In this document: positions 8,911 to 18,545 of the stretch, piece after piece
How the letters are laid out: each line of letters opens with the position of its first letter
Numbering within the stretch: the stretch's first letter is position 1
IMG/VR virus record: IMGVR_UViG_3300025010_000071
Location: 1 to 56,495 of that record
Length of the DNA: 56,495 nt
Source of the DNA: a virus
Lineage: Duplodnaviria > Caudoviricetes
Reading direction: 5' to 3' (one strand)
Notes under the pieces: generated by a model
The model's input: the letters and a program-made list of their open reading frames with translations, nothing else
The model's database searches: none
What the model was told of the DNA's origin: nothing
Made by a program: the position numbers and the translations under genes

Positions 8911-8920
8911 GAGACTGGCA

Positions 8921-10237
8921 ATGGTTACAGAATCTAAATTGAAACCATTTGCAATCTTTGACTCTACCTTGCAGGAATTCCAGAAAAAAGGAAGGGAAAA
9001 GGAACCGTATTACATGGAAGCCTATTTCTTGTACAGCTTTTACTATTCCCAAGCACTGAAACAAGATACACATTCAGTTTACTGTACAAAAAATTGGACA
9101 ATGGAAGTAACAGGGATATCGGTTAGAAAGCTTCATGGTGCAAGAGATTTACTACAGAGAATGGGTTTAATCTCTGAGTACGAGTACAGTCCTGAACATA
9201 ACAAATACTTTTTCACAGTTAAAGTGGATACATTGGTAGATGCAGAGGTAGGGGGGATACGGAGCGTAGGGGGGGAGGGGGGTACGGAGCGTATATGCAA
9301 TTCTCCTACTAATATTTATTCTCCTACTATAAAACCCATTAATATAAATATTAATGAATCCAGTTTAGAAAAACCAACTGACAAGCAAAAGTTTATCCGA
9401 AAAGATATTGCTCAAGAACCAGAAGAGAAAGAAAAACCATTGCTTGTTAAAAAGATAATAAGACCATCTTTTGTAGATTCAAACGGAAAATATAGGGAAA
9501 CCAAAAAGAATGTGGATTCTATTGAAATAGCGGCAAATATTAAACACGCACTGGAATATTGGAACAGTAAGGAGGAACTGGTTACACATACCATAAATGA
9601 AGATAGCCCGTCAAAAACCTTGCTGCATTGTGTCCAGTTAATCAAAATGTTTTTCTCTGGTAAACTGATTAAACATGCTTTATTGCCAAAAAATTTCGAT
9701 CAGTCTTTATGGAAAGGGGGAAGACAGACACTGGAAGATTGGAAATATTTTGTTGATGAAATTTGTTTATGCTTGAATGATCCTGGTTTATTGCCTAAGA
9801 AGAACGGTAAAGCATTGGCACTGCCTGTATTCCTTGAGGGAAGTGAACGGTTAGAGTTGCCCGCTTTCATTTTCAATTACTGTTTGGGCGACTACAAGAC
9901 AGCAACAGTTGATGTAAACCCGAAGAACACCATTAAGATCAAGACATTTTGGGAACAGTTAATTGGTAAGTTTAAAGATACACCAGAGAATCAGAAAGCT
10001 TTTGTAGCCATAAGTAATCTCAGTGAACAGACATTTGCCGAAAGGAGAAAGGTAAATAAAAACTGGATACCTGCAATGAATGAATACTTTCCCGCTAATA
10101 TTGTCAAGAGTATCTTGCGACAGAATCTTTGGATAAAGGAGAAGGGACACCAGCCCGTGTATATGGATACAAAGTTCTTTAAAGGAATGGTGTCCCGCTA
10201 TGACTATGATCGCACTACAGGGAAAATCATATTTTAA
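8921..10237 (+). CDS. putative replication initiator / origin-binding protein (N-terminal wHTH)
   Basis: YFLYSFY..TMEVTGISVRKLHGARDLLQRMGLI wHTH pattern, low-complexity linker with DNA repeats, position upstream of DnaB. Confidence 0.55.
   Translation: MVTESKLKPFAIFDSTLQEFQKKGREKEPYYMEAYFLYSFYYSQALKQDTHSVYCTKNWTMEVTGISVRKLHGARDLLQRMGLISEYEYSPEHNKYFFTVKVDTLVDAEVGGIRSVGGEGGTERICNSPTNIYSPTIKPINININESSLEKPTDKQKFIRKDIAQEPEEKEKPLLVKKIIRPSFVDSNGKYRETKKNVDSIEIAANIKHALEYWNSKEELVTHTINEDSPSKTLLHCVQLIKMFFSGKLIKHALLPKNFDQSLWKGGRQTLEDWKYFVDEICLCLNDPGLLPKKNGKALALPVFLEGSERLELPAFIFNYCLGDYKTATVDVNPKNTIKIKTFWEQLIGKFKDTPENQKAFVAISNLSEQTFAERRKVNKNWIPAMNEYFPANIVKSILRQNLWIKEKGHQPVYMDTKFFKGMVSRYDYDRTTGKIIF
9247..9356. 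repeat. ori-like element inside the initiator gene
   Basis: TACGGAGCGTA x2 (9258, 9283) in G-runs; ATTCTCCTACTA x2 (9300, 9318); AT palindrome CATTAATAT-AA-ATATTAATG (9337-9356). Confidence 0.55.
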
Positions 10238-10275
10238 CGGGAATGCCCCTAATTTCAATTTTCGAGGTAACAGGT

Positions 10276-10542
10276 ATGAGTGATAACACTAACCCTAAGC
10301 CGTTAAATCCCGAAGGAATCTCCGCTATTCCTGAAGGGGGAAATGATACAGAACAGGAGAAGCAGACGAGAAAGATAAATGCTTGGGTTTCTCAAGCAAT
10401 AGAAGCCGAACTTATGATGGAAAAGATAAAAGAGTCCAAGATAGTTTGTCCAGTATGCAGCATCTCTTACAAGTATGATGGAAATCTTCACGATACCTAT
10501 TTCTTTACTCCACAATGTAACTGTCCTTTAAGGAGAAACTAA
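10276..10542 (+). CDS. hypothetical protein with CxxC/CxC motif
   Basis: GAGG RBS; CPVC and CNC; stop overlaps DnaB start. Confidence 0.55.
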   Translation: MSDNTNPKPLNPEGISAIPEGGNDTEQEKQTRKINAWVSQAIEAELMMEKIKESKIVCPVCSISYKYDGNLHDTYFFTPQCNCPLRRN

Positions 10543-12053
10543 TGGGACTGGTACGAGTAGAGGAAGTGGATAATGTTACAGAGGAATTAATCATAGCCGG
10601 AATGATATCCAGTAATTCATATCTTTCCTATGTTGCGGAGAGGTTACAGTTACGGTACTTCCGAAGTGATCAGTGTAAAGTAATTGCAAAATTAATACTG
10701 GAGTTTTTCAGTAATCATAAACGGTCCCCCGGTGCCAGTATGCGGGAGCTTTATGAATCGGCTATCGATGATCTACCAGAAGATGATGCCTTCATTATCG
10801 GGAGGTTGCTGAAGAACATTGCAAAGAAATATGGTTACAGAGAAATATCCTTTGAAGTATTGAAGGACACTACTGATGGTTATTTTGAGGTTAGATCAGT
10901 TGAAACTTTGGTAGATAAAATATCAGGGTTGACTGCTCGCGGCAAAACCGAAGAAGCTTTAAAAGAGATTGATGAATGGTACAAAGATCCAACAAGGCAT
11001 ATCATTTCTTCTATCAGTCCATTTGATACATCTATGGCTGAAGCAGTTATGACTGCCGATAGATTGCTCTATAGATTCAAGAATGATCTGGACTCAGTGC
11101 TTCCACCACAAATGTCAAACAAACTGTATACGTTTCTTGGTGGAACTAAATCAGGCAAGTCTCAGTGGTTAGGCCACCTTGCGGTCTGCTTTGCAGAAGC
11201 AGGTTTGAAAGTGGCTATATGGCAGTTTGAGTTGACAGAGACAGAATACATTGGCAGGTTAATGTCTAATATATCTGGTAAAGAAATAGATCCAAGACAT
11301 GACAGGGATACCAAAGATGTAGAATTATCCGTATTCGATTGTGAGCATAACAGGGACAGAAGTTGTGCAATGGAAGACTGTCCAAATAATGAAGACTTTG
11401 AATCGTTTGACAAGTACGTTCCAGAAGCATGGACGCCATGCTGTTTCTGTAAAGGGCATCCGGAATTTAGTCCTGTAGTATGGAAGATGGAAGCAAAGAT
11501 TGGTGTAATCAATTCCATTAACTCATTGAAGAAGGAACAGATTACATGGTTAAGACAATTCGGTGACAATATCAAAATGTTTCCTGGTGAATCTGGTCAT
11601 GTAACTTCAGAAGATGTAAAGAACCAACTGTTACGGTTACGGTTATCAGAAGGGTTTATTCCAGATGTAATAATTATTGATCAAGCTGATAATATTGCTG
11701 CAAGTTCTCGGTATCATGAAAAGAGACATGAGATAGGTAGTGTGTGGTTGGACTTAGCTACTCTTGCCAAGCAGGGATACCTTGTTTGGACTGCTAGTCA
11801 GACGAACAGGGGTGGGTGGGGTAAGGAATGGATAGAGACTTCCGATGTAGGGGAAGATGCAAGTAAGTTTATGGTGTGTTCTGGTGTTGTTACGATTAAC
11901 CAGTATAAAGGTGGGGACTTTGACGAGTACGAATGGAATACCCAAAGGTTAAGGGCATTCTATTTCAGAAATGCGAAGATACCTGGACGGGACGTCCGAG
12001 TGCTGAACGACTTCTCTCGGTACATTGCTTGTCTTGATTGTTGTAAAATGTAA
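10542..12053 (+). CDS. dnaB: replicative helicase, DnaB-like, with Cys-rich insertion
   Basis: GGTKSGKS Walker A, FELTE, VIIIDQAD, VWTASQTNR, DVGED motifs. Confidence 0.85.
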   Translation: MGLVRVEEVDNVTEELIIAGMISSNSYLSYVAERLQLRYFRSDQCKVIAKLILEFFSNHKRSPGASMRELYESAIDDLPEDDAFIIGRLLKNIAKKYGYREISFEVLKDTTDGYFEVRSVETLVDKISGLTARGKTEEALKEIDEWYKDPTRHIISSISPFDTSMAEAVMTADRLLYRFKNDLDSVLPPQMSNKLYTFLGGTKSGKSQWLGHLAVCFAEAGLKVAIWQFELTETEYIGRLMSNISGKEIDPRHDRDTKDVELSVFDCEHNRDRSCAMEDCPNNEDFESFDKYVPEAWTPCCFCKGHPEFSPVVWKMEAKIGVINSINSLKKEQITWLRQFGDNIKMFPGESGHVTSEDVKNQLLRLRLSEGFIPDVIIIDQADNIAASSRYHEKRHEIGSVWLDLATLAKQGYLVWTASQTNRGGWGKEWIETSDVGEDASKFMVCSGVVTINQYKGGDFDEYEWNTQRLRAFYFRNAKIPGRDVRVLNDFSRYIACLDCCKM

Positions 12054-12090
12054 AATGAACGGCAATAGTTGGTACTATTAAATAATTTTA

Positions 12091-12119
12091 TTGACAATAG
12101 GTAAACGTATTAGTAAACT
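12091..12119 (+). promoter_or_regulatory. sigma70-like promoter upstream of the queD-dpdA region
   Basis: TTGACA-17 nt-TAAACT with AT-rich upstream element. Confidence 0.75.
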
Positions 12120-12158
12120 TATAGGTAAGAGTAGTTCAATCCAATTGCAGGAGGGCAT

Positions 12159-12362
12159 ATGGCAAAGTTTCGGAATACATTTAATTGGTACTTTATAAGT
12201 ATGCTATTGGTAGCTATATTTGTTTTCGGTACTTATGTTAGAAATGCAGTACGGTTTGTCAGTTGTGATTTTGAACCAAGCTATAAGGCAGAAGTTATGT
12301 ATGGTGTTGGTTTAATTCTGCCTACTTTTTTAGCATCAGCTTTCATGGACTTTGGTAAATAA
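12159..12362 (+). CDS. small two-TM membrane protein
   Basis: GGAGG RBS; two hydrophobic segments. Confidence 0.65.
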   Translation: MAKFRNTFNWYFISMLLVAIFVFGTYVRNAVRFVSCDFEPSYKAEVMYGVGLILPTFLASAFMDFGK

Positions 12363-12373
12363 TATTTGGAGGA

Positions 12374-12787
12374 ATGATGTACACAATACGGAAAGTGTTT
12401 AAGTTGGAAGGAGCCCACATACTGTCAAGGTCATTCTCCAAAGTCTGCCAAAGAATTCATGGCCACTCGTATCGTGTGGAAATATTTATTTCTACTGAAG
12501 AGTTGAATGCTGACGGTATGGTAGTTGATTTCAAGTTGATGAAAAATAACATTGGTTACATGATAGACTGTTGGGATCATAGATGTTTGGTATCAAGTGA
12601 TTCCTACAAAGGCATTGAGTTACTGGGAACATTCCACGACTCTTTTGTTGTTGTTCCGTTTAACCCTACTGCCGAGAATATGTGTAAAGATATTTACGAT
12701 CGGGTAAAAGAATGTGTTCCCAATGGTTTCACTTTAAAAGTAAGAATACATGAAACGGATACTGGCTATGCAGAATACTACGAATGA
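12374..12787 (+). CDS. queD: 6-carboxy-5,6,7,8-tetrahydropterin synthase
   Basis: AH..CQRIHGHSY, GMVVDF, WDH, PTAENM, HET motifs. Confidence 0.95.
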   Translation: MMYTIRKVFKLEGAHILSRSFSKVCQRIHGHSYRVEIFISTEELNADGMVVDFKLMKNNIGYMIDCWDHRCLVSSDSYKGIELLGTFHDSFVVVPFNPTAENMCKDIYDRVKECVPNGFTLKVRIHETDTGYAEYYE

Positions 12788-12980
12788 GTTAAATATAAAC
12801 TATGGCATTAACAAGGTTCAGAAAAAGGGATTTATTTACAGAAATGGTAAAATAAAAATAATGGGGGATTGGGATGATGACAATACCCATAAGGAAATAA
12901 GGAGAAAAATTAGAGAAGATAATCCAGGTTGGAACATTACAGGGTATTGTTTACCTAGTGGTGATGAAAATGGTGAATGA
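12750..12980 (+). CDS. hypothetical protein
   Basis: Fills the gap between queD and queE; start uncertain. Confidence 0.45.
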   Translation: MKRILAMQNTTNELNINYGINKVQKKGFIYRNGKIKIMGDWDDDNTHKEIRRKIREDNPGWNITGYCLPSGDENGE

Positions 12981-13815
12981 AAAAATAGGACACCATGCTA
13001 CTTACTGGGATGGTAAAAGTATGGTAGATTCCTGGAGTAATACATGGGAACATACTCTTCCAGAAATTAAACCATATCCATATATGCATATAAAAGATAA
13101 TCTATTTGGTATGCCGTGGTTAACCGGAGATGCAATTAAATTCAAAATGGATATTCAATTTATCCAGAGGAACATTATGCCAATCCTATTAAGGGAAGTT
13201 CAATACACATTTAGTGGTGAAGTGGGACACATAGTCCAAGGTTCTCCGATCCTTTTAATACGTACCCAGGGATGTAATATGGAATGTCCCTGGTGTGACG
13301 CTCAAGGTTCACAGGACTTTGAACATGGTCTGTCTGTAGATCACCGAGTACTAGCAGAGTTGATGTACAATTCAGCTTTTCCTATTCTGCTTACTGGTGG
13401 TGAACCACTGTTGCATTCCAAAGCTATTTTAGAAGCACTGTGTTTATTGGATAATATTTACAACGTCCGTAGAACGGTGCAAATTGAAACAAATGGTTCA
13501 ATAGCCATAGATCCAGAATTACTTACGTACGCCACATTTGTTGTTGATTATAAGTTCCAGTATCAGCATCAAATGAAACGGGAAAATTATGATCTGTTGA
13601 CTAACAAAGATTGGATCAAGTTATTAGTTACTGACCAAGATGATATTTTAAAATTAAAACAGTTTATTGAGGATTTTCCGATTGACACAAAAGCTAAATT
13701 GGCAGTGTCCTGTACTGACAACCAACTTTATAAGGAAGTCTGTGATTTGGTACTTGACAACAAATGGCCCATTATTGTAAACGTACAGATACATAAACTT
13801 TTAGGGATAGCATAG
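12958..13815 (+). CDS. queE: 7-carboxy-7-deazaguanine synthase (radical SAM); alternative start at 13177
   Basis: TFSGE, IRTQGCNMECPWCD, LLTGGEPLL, QIETNG, VQIHKLL motifs; GAGGA RBS before ATG 13177. Confidence 0.9.
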   Translation: MVMKMVNEKIGHHATYWDGKSMVDSWSNTWEHTLPEIKPYPYMHIKDNLFGMPWLTGDAIKFKMDIQFIQRNIMPILLREVQYTFSGEVGHIVQGSPILLIRTQGCNMECPWCDAQGSQDFEHGLSVDHRVLAELMYNSAFPILLTGGEPLLHSKAILEALCLLDNIYNVRRTVQIETNGSIAIDPELLTYATFVVDYKFQYQHQMKRENYDLLTNKDWIKLLVTDQDDILKLKQFIEDFPIDTKAKLAVSCTDNQLYKEVCDLVLDNKWPIIVNVQIHKLLGIA

Positions 13816-13828
13816 GAGGTGGTTCCCG

Positions 13829-13972
13829 TTGTCTGAAACTAAAACTTTAAAGTGTAAAAAATGTGGTTGGGAATGGGTTCCCAGAAAGGCAGATGTAAGG
13901 CAATGCCCGCATTGTAAAACAGCGTACTGGAATGTGGACAAGAAAGAAATACAACCAAAAAAGGAGAAGTAA
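13829..13972 (+). CDS. 47-aa zinc-ribbon protein (not in ORF track)
   Basis: AGGAGGT RBS, TTG start; CKKCGWEWVPR..CPHCK..W. Confidence 0.7.
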   Translation: MSETKTLKCKKCGWEWVPRKADVRQCPHCKTAYWNVDKKEIQPKKEK

Positions 13973-13973
13973 A

Positions 13974-14579
13974 ATGGGTGAAGTTAACGAGGTAAAGGAA
14001 GTCAATGCCGCCAATCTGAAGAAAGCAGTCAAAGAGTTGAACGACCTGGCAGTAGAAGGGGTTGCCAAAATCAGGACAGTTGGAATCAATGTCAATGATA
14101 TGGCTCTCCAGTTTATCAAAGCCTGTAATGCCGTGAATGACATTGATGAGAAACTTCTCACTGATTCAATGGTGGAAGTATATAATTCCCTTCCTGCCCC
14201 GGAAGAGTTGGCGGTAGCTCAGAAGGCACCGAAGGAGAAGAAAGCCAAGGAGCCCAAAGAGAAGAAGGTAAAAGCACCGAAAGAGCCCAAGGAAAAGAGA
14301 GAGCGTAAGGGGCCACATGATGGTGCAGCCCGCAGCCGTTACAATCATCTTCAGGGAGCAAAATCTGGTAAGCTTGATGATGAACTCTTTGCTGGTGGTA
14401 CGATGGAAGATATCATGGCCAAGTGTGAAGTTCCCATGCTCCGTGTAAAGGGACATGCAAAGCATCTGGTTAACGATCTTGGTCTGACCTTGACCATTAC
14501 CGAGAATAAGGAAGACCCGATGAAGTCCAAGTACAAGATCAAGGAAGAGAAGTGGTCTGCTGAAGCCGCAAAAGAGTAG
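13974..14579 (+). CDS. Lys/Glu-rich putative DNA-binding protein
   Basis: AAGGAG RBS; KAPKEKKAKEPKEKKVKAPKEPKEK linker and HTH-like C-terminus. Confidence 0.6.
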   Translation: MGEVNEVKEVNAANLKKAVKELNDLAVEGVAKIRTVGINVNDMALQFIKACNAVNDIDEKLLTDSMVEVYNSLPAPEELAVAQKAPKEKKAKEPKEKKVKAPKEPKEKRERKGPHDGAARSRYNHLQGAKSGKLDDELFAGGTMEDIMAKCEVPMLRVKGHAKHLVNDLGLTLTITENKEDPMKSKYKIKEEKWSAEAAKE

Positions 14580-14602
14580 CAGTAAATGAAGTCAGTCTGA
14601 TT

Positions 14603-14639
14603 ACAATGGAACCGGTACATTAGTTACCGGTTCCATTGT
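14603..14639 (+). terminator. 15-bp perfect hairpin, probable terminator
   Basis: ACAATGGAACCGGTA / TACCGGTTCCATTGT with short T run. Confidence 0.65.
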
Positions 14640-14663
14640 TTAAACTCTACCAAAGGAAAAGAA

Positions 14664-15266
14664 ATGATTTCTAAAGTAACATCAAAGGTTGATTACATTT
14701 TGCTGAAGAAAGCGGCAGAATTAATCATTGAAGCTATTGGTGAATCTCAATTAGACCCGAATTTTGCTGGTACTCCTGATCGATTTGCCAGGGCGTTTTC
14801 TTCTTTCTTCATGTTACCGGCAGAAATAGAACAACAGATGGAAGAAATTCTCAGTGTGTCCTTCCCAACAAAAGGGTACAGGGGAATGGTTTTCTGTACC
14901 GGAATTGAAGTAGTATCATGGTGCCCACATCATTTACTGCCAGTACTGTATGATATCACTATAGGGTATATTCCTTCAGAGAATGGTAAATTACTTGGTG
15001 CATCTAAACTTGCCAGACTTGCTGATATTCTCTGTAAAAGAGCGGTTCTGCAAGAAGACCTTACTAACCATATTGCTTCATCTATTGAAGGATTAACTGA
15101 AGCTGACGGTGTTGCAGTAGTGGTAAATGGTAGGCATGACTGTATGCGTATTCGTGGAATCAAACAGATGAATTCTGTATTCAAAACTTCGGAAATGCGG
15201 GGATCGTTCAAGACAAATCCAGAAACAAGGGAAGAGTTTTTCCACCTTATTGCAAATGGAGATTGA
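14664..15266 (+). CDS. folE: GTP cyclohydrolase I
   Basis: TPDRFARA, SWCPHHLLP, GASKLARL, LQEDLT, HDCMRIRG motifs. Confidence 0.95.
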   Translation: MISKVTSKVDYILLKKAAELIIEAIGESQLDPNFAGTPDRFARAFSSFFMLPAEIEQQMEEILSVSFPTKGYRGMVFCTGIEVVSWCPHHLLPVLYDITIGYIPSENGKLLGASKLARLADILCKRAVLQEDLTNHIASSIEGLTEADGVAVVVNGRHDCMRIRGIKQMNSVFKTSEMRGSFKTNPETREEFFHLIANGD

Positions 15267-15477
15267 AATGGTTAGGGTACCAGAAAATTCAGATAGTATT
15301 ACAGTAAGTGTTTATCTAAAAAATGGGGATTTCTTTGAAAGAAAAGACTGTACTATGGCCCCTACTGGGGAACACGAAACACTAATAAGTTTTTGGGAAG
15401 GGGATGATATAGTTGTTTTTCCGCTGGAGCAAGTTGACCGTTTTATATACCATTTTGATACTGTAAAAGGAGTTTAA
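15250..15477 (+). CDS. hypothetical protein
   Basis: Packed between folE and next gene. Confidence 0.55.
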   Translation: MQMEIEMVRVPENSDSITVSVYLKNGDFFERKDCTMAPTGEHETLISFWEGDDIVVFPLEQVDRFIYHFDTVKGV

Positions 15478-15479
15478 CC

Positions 15480-15944
15480 ATGACTGATCAAGTAATTGAA
15501 TTAGGGGATACTGTCAAAGATAGGATTACTGGTTATACTGGTGTAGTTACTACCATTAATTCTTATCTGTATTCTTCCCCACGAATTGGGGTACGATCTA
15601 AAGAACTTCATAATGGTATTCCTGTTATGGAGCAGTCTTTTGATGAAGTAGAATTGGAAATAGTTGAGAAACAAACCATTAAAATGCTGATTACAGATAA
15701 ACCAGATATTTCTTTTATGGATTTGGTAGAAGACACCGTTACAGGTTTCAAAGGAAAGGTTGTTGGTATTGCCAAATTTCTGACAGGTTGTTTTCGTATA
15801 GGGGTCCAAAGCGAAGCAATGAAAGATGGTTCCCCTGTTAACTGGCAGTGGTTTCCTGATCCACAAATTAAGGTATTACAGAAAAAGGAACAAGAGCCAG
15901 TTAAGCGTCTTGGTGGTCCTATGCCTACTTGTAACAGGGGGTAA
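15480..15944 (+). CDS. protein with two tandem SH3-like repeats
   Basis: LGDTVKDRITGYTGVV..RIGV and FMDLVEDTVTGFKGKV..RIGV. Confidence 0.7.
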   Translation: MTDQVIELGDTVKDRITGYTGVVTTINSYLYSSPRIGVRSKELHNGIPVMEQSFDEVELEIVEKQTIKMLITDKPDISFMDLVEDTVTGFKGKVVGIAKFLTGCFRIGVQSEAMKDGSPVNWQWFPDPQIKVLQKKEQEPVKRLGGPMPTCNRG

Positions 15945-15947
15945 AAT

Positions 15948-16316
15948 ATGGTAGATATAAAACGGAATACCCATATTGTCATAAAGAGGGATGACGTTAC
16001 CAAGTATCTTTCTGAGGAAGAAAGAGATACGTTGGATAAAATAGTTTACGAGATAAAAGTACGTAGAGTGGCTAATCTCATACCACCACATAATGAGTAT
16101 ATTGTCTGCAACTGGAACGAACCATACGCCCAGAAAGTGTTAGATGTTATACTGGAAGGAGAGGAATTAAAAAGTGGTACAATTTTTATTGATGTAGAAA
16201 AAGAAGCTTGGGAATCAATTAAACAGGCAGTAGCTGAATCTCCTTGGATACCTGAAGACTATTATATGAATGATTGGGTAGCCGATATTCGTTCTTTTCT
16301 TCTTAAAAAGGATTGA
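15948..16316 (+). CDS. hypothetical protein
   Basis: HIVIKRDD..YIVCNWNEPYA.KV pattern typical of phage accessory ORFs. Confidence 0.6.
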   Translation: MVDIKRNTHIVIKRDDVTKYLSEEERDTLDKIVYEIKVRRVANLIPPHNEYIVCNWNEPYAQKVLDVILEGEELKSGTIFIDVEKEAWESIKQAVAESPWIPEDYYMNDWVADIRSFLLKKD

Positions 16317-17311
16317 TGCAAATGAACTTGGTGAAAGCCGAAATACTGTTCAGCAGAAAATGTAACCTTGCTTGTAAGCATTGTTCTATGGTAACTGGAC
16401 AAAGTAACTCCCTGACCATTGAGGAATGGAAAAAGGGGTTTGATAACTTGAAAGAATTGGGATGTTCTTTCGGTGCTTTCTACGGAGCAGAACCGTTACT
16501 TGAGTTCAACAAACTGAAAGTAGTTTTGCCCTACGCTGAATCTATTGGTATCCATACTACGGTAATTACTTCTGGTACACGTATTCCAGATTTTCATAAC
16601 AAGTTGAAAGAACTGCATAAGGCTGGTGGTAAAAGCCTGTCCATGTCGTATGATATACTGGCATACGATATGAGTTCCGCAAAGAAAAGAGATGCTGCTT
16701 TAAAGTCTTTGAAGTACTGGAAGACATTTCCCGATATACGGGATGCAGCGGCTATAACCACTTTGACAGCAAAGAACTTTCACCTGTTACCTGCAATGGT
16801 TCAACATATGAGTGATCTTGGTATATGGACATTCTACGATATGATTCATGAAGATCGTGGACAGCCCGGATCAAAGTGTAGGGGTAAGGCTGGTAATCTA
16901 ATGTTTCAGCCTGAGCAATTAGGCAAACTGTTTGAAGTACTGGAACTGGTTAATGATATGAGTAAGAATGGATTCCTTGTCCATAACTCTGATAACTTTG
17001 TGAAAATGCTTCAGTATATGTATGGTAATTCCCCTGATATTTATAGTTGGTGCTGTGCATGTGGCGGTACTGTATTTCCATCATGGTTGACAATTGACTG
17101 TGACGGTACCGTTTTACCGTGTGACGATTTCCATGTTACCAGAGAGTTCAAATTTCATCATGATTTAGATACTTGGTGGCCTAAGTGTATCCTTGTATTC
17201 AGAGAACAGATACAGAAGAATGATTGCCATTGTTGCTGGAACACACATATTGATGCCCACTTTATTAAAGCAGGGCATGGTAAACTTTCCGATTACATTC
17301 ATGGGGTGTAA
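16313..17311 (+). CDS. radical SAM enzyme with Cys-rich SPASM/twitch-like C-terminus
   Basis: CNLACKHC, GAEPLL, C-terminal IDCDGTVLPCDD and CHCCW. Confidence 0.9.
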   Translation: MMQMNLVKAEILFSRKCNLACKHCSMVTGQSNSLTIEEWKKGFDNLKELGCSFGAFYGAEPLLEFNKLKVVLPYAESIGIHTTVITSGTRIPDFHNKLKELHKAGGKSLSMSYDILAYDMSSAKKRDAALKSLKYWKTFPDIRDAAAITTLTAKNFHLLPAMVQHMSDLGIWTFYDMIHEDRGQPGSKCRGKAGNLMFQPEQLGKLFEVLELVNDMSKNGFLVHNSDNFVKMLQYMYGNSPDIYSWCCACGGTVFPSWLTIDCDGTVLPCDDFHVTREFKFHHDLDTWWPKCILVFREQIQKNDCHCCWNTHIDAHFIKAGHGKLSDYIHGV

Positions 17312-17312
17312 T

Positions 17313-17519
17313 ATGTATGAAGACTGGGATGATGATGCAGTTACAGAACAGTGGAATATACCAGAGGCAACCGATAAACATGAAACTGTATCAATAACCA
17401 CTGATGGTAAAAATTGGAGATTAGCAATCTCCTGTGATATGGGTTACGAATGGACTAATGCCGATTTATCCGTTATTATAAAATGGATTAAGGAAAATAA
17501 ACCGGAGCTATTGCTATGA
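17313..17519 (+). CDS. hypothetical protein
   Basis: ATG just after radical SAM stop; ATGA overlap with queC. Confidence 0.55.
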   Translation: MYEDWDDDAVTEQWNIPEATDKHETVSITTDGKNWRLAISCDMGYEWTNADLSVIIKWIKENKPELLL

Positions 17520-18274
17520 GGGAAGAAGATCAGAGTAATATTGAATGGGGAATGGCAGATATACAAGACCAGTACAGTAAATCACGGGTCTTATGTATTT
17601 CTGGTGGAGTTGACTCCGTTATTGCTTGGTATTACCTGAACAAACCCACAGCAGTGTACTTCAATACAGGTGTTCCTTATGCTGCAAAAGAGAAGAGAGC
17701 TTTAATGAATCTGGGAATACCATTCATTGAGGATAACTCCCTGAAATTTCCAGAGACCAGTATCTACATTCCCCATAGAAACTTGCTGTTTGCTTCAAGG
17801 GCTTCTCAGTACGGGGACACCGTATATATGGCAGGACTGAAAGATGATATGGTAGAAGACAAGAATGAAATGGCCTTTGCTGTAATGTCTGATTGCCTTA
17901 CTGCTATTGGTAAGAAACCAGTACAGGTGCTTTCCCCTTTCTGGGGTATGATGAAGGAAGATATTATCCGATGGTTTCTGGCTGATAATGGACATGCCGA
18001 ATACATTCTGAAATGTACCTGTTCTTGTTATTCTGATATTGGTAAGGAGTGCATGGCATGTGAAGCATGTTTCCGAAAGAACTGTGCCTTATTTGCTAAT
18101 GGTATAAAACGTCCATTTGAATTCAATAAACTGATATCGTATTATACCAATAGGGCATTGGAAGGGGTTTACGTTTCAGAAAGAAACGAAAGTATTCTTA
18201 ATTATGTGGAGTGGCTGAATGGACAGAGAAAAACTGTACAACACACCGAGAGACAAGAAGGTTTTCTTCTTTGA
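17516..18274 (+). CDS. queC: 7-cyano-7-deazaguanine (preQ0) synthase
   Basis: SGGVDS PP-loop, IPHRNLLF, CSCY..CMACEAC zinc site. Confidence 0.88.
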   Translation: MREEDQSNIEWGMADIQDQYSKSRVLCISGGVDSVIAWYYLNKPTAVYFNTGVPYAAKEKRALMNLGIPFIEDNSLKFPETSIYIPHRNLLFASRASQYGDTVYMAGLKDDMVEDKNEMAFAVMSDCLTAIGKKPVQVLSPFWGMMKEDIIRWFLADNGHAEYILKCTCSCYSDIGKECMACEACFRKNCALFANGIKRPFEFNKLISYYTNRALEGVYVSERNESILNYVEWLNGQRKTVQHTERQEGFLL

Positions 18275-18545
18275 CATTGATGGTACTATTACTGTTGAAA
18301 CTGAAGGGTGGGATTATCTGAAGAGAACCCCACGATTGGAAGTTATCGACAAGATAAACACCCTTTATGATTCTGGAGTAGTTCATGTAGTGTTTTGGAC
18401 TTCCCGTTTATCTATTGACAGGAGAAAAACAGAATTTTGGCTGGAGGCTCATGCAGTAAAGTACCATGAATTAAAGTTTGGTAAACCATTCTTTGACTTG
18501 TATATCTGCGACAAGGCAATAAACATTGAACAGTGGGAGAAATAA
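18219..18545 (+). CDS. small HAD-superfamily phosphatase
   Basis: FDIDGT motif I, WTSR, GKP..D..ICDK motifs. Confidence 0.85.
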   Translation: MDREKLYNTPRDKKVFFFDIDGTITVETEGWDYLKRTPRLEVIDKINTLYDSGVVHVVFWTSRLSIDRRKTEFWLEAHAVKYHELKFGKPFFDLYICDKAINIEQWEK

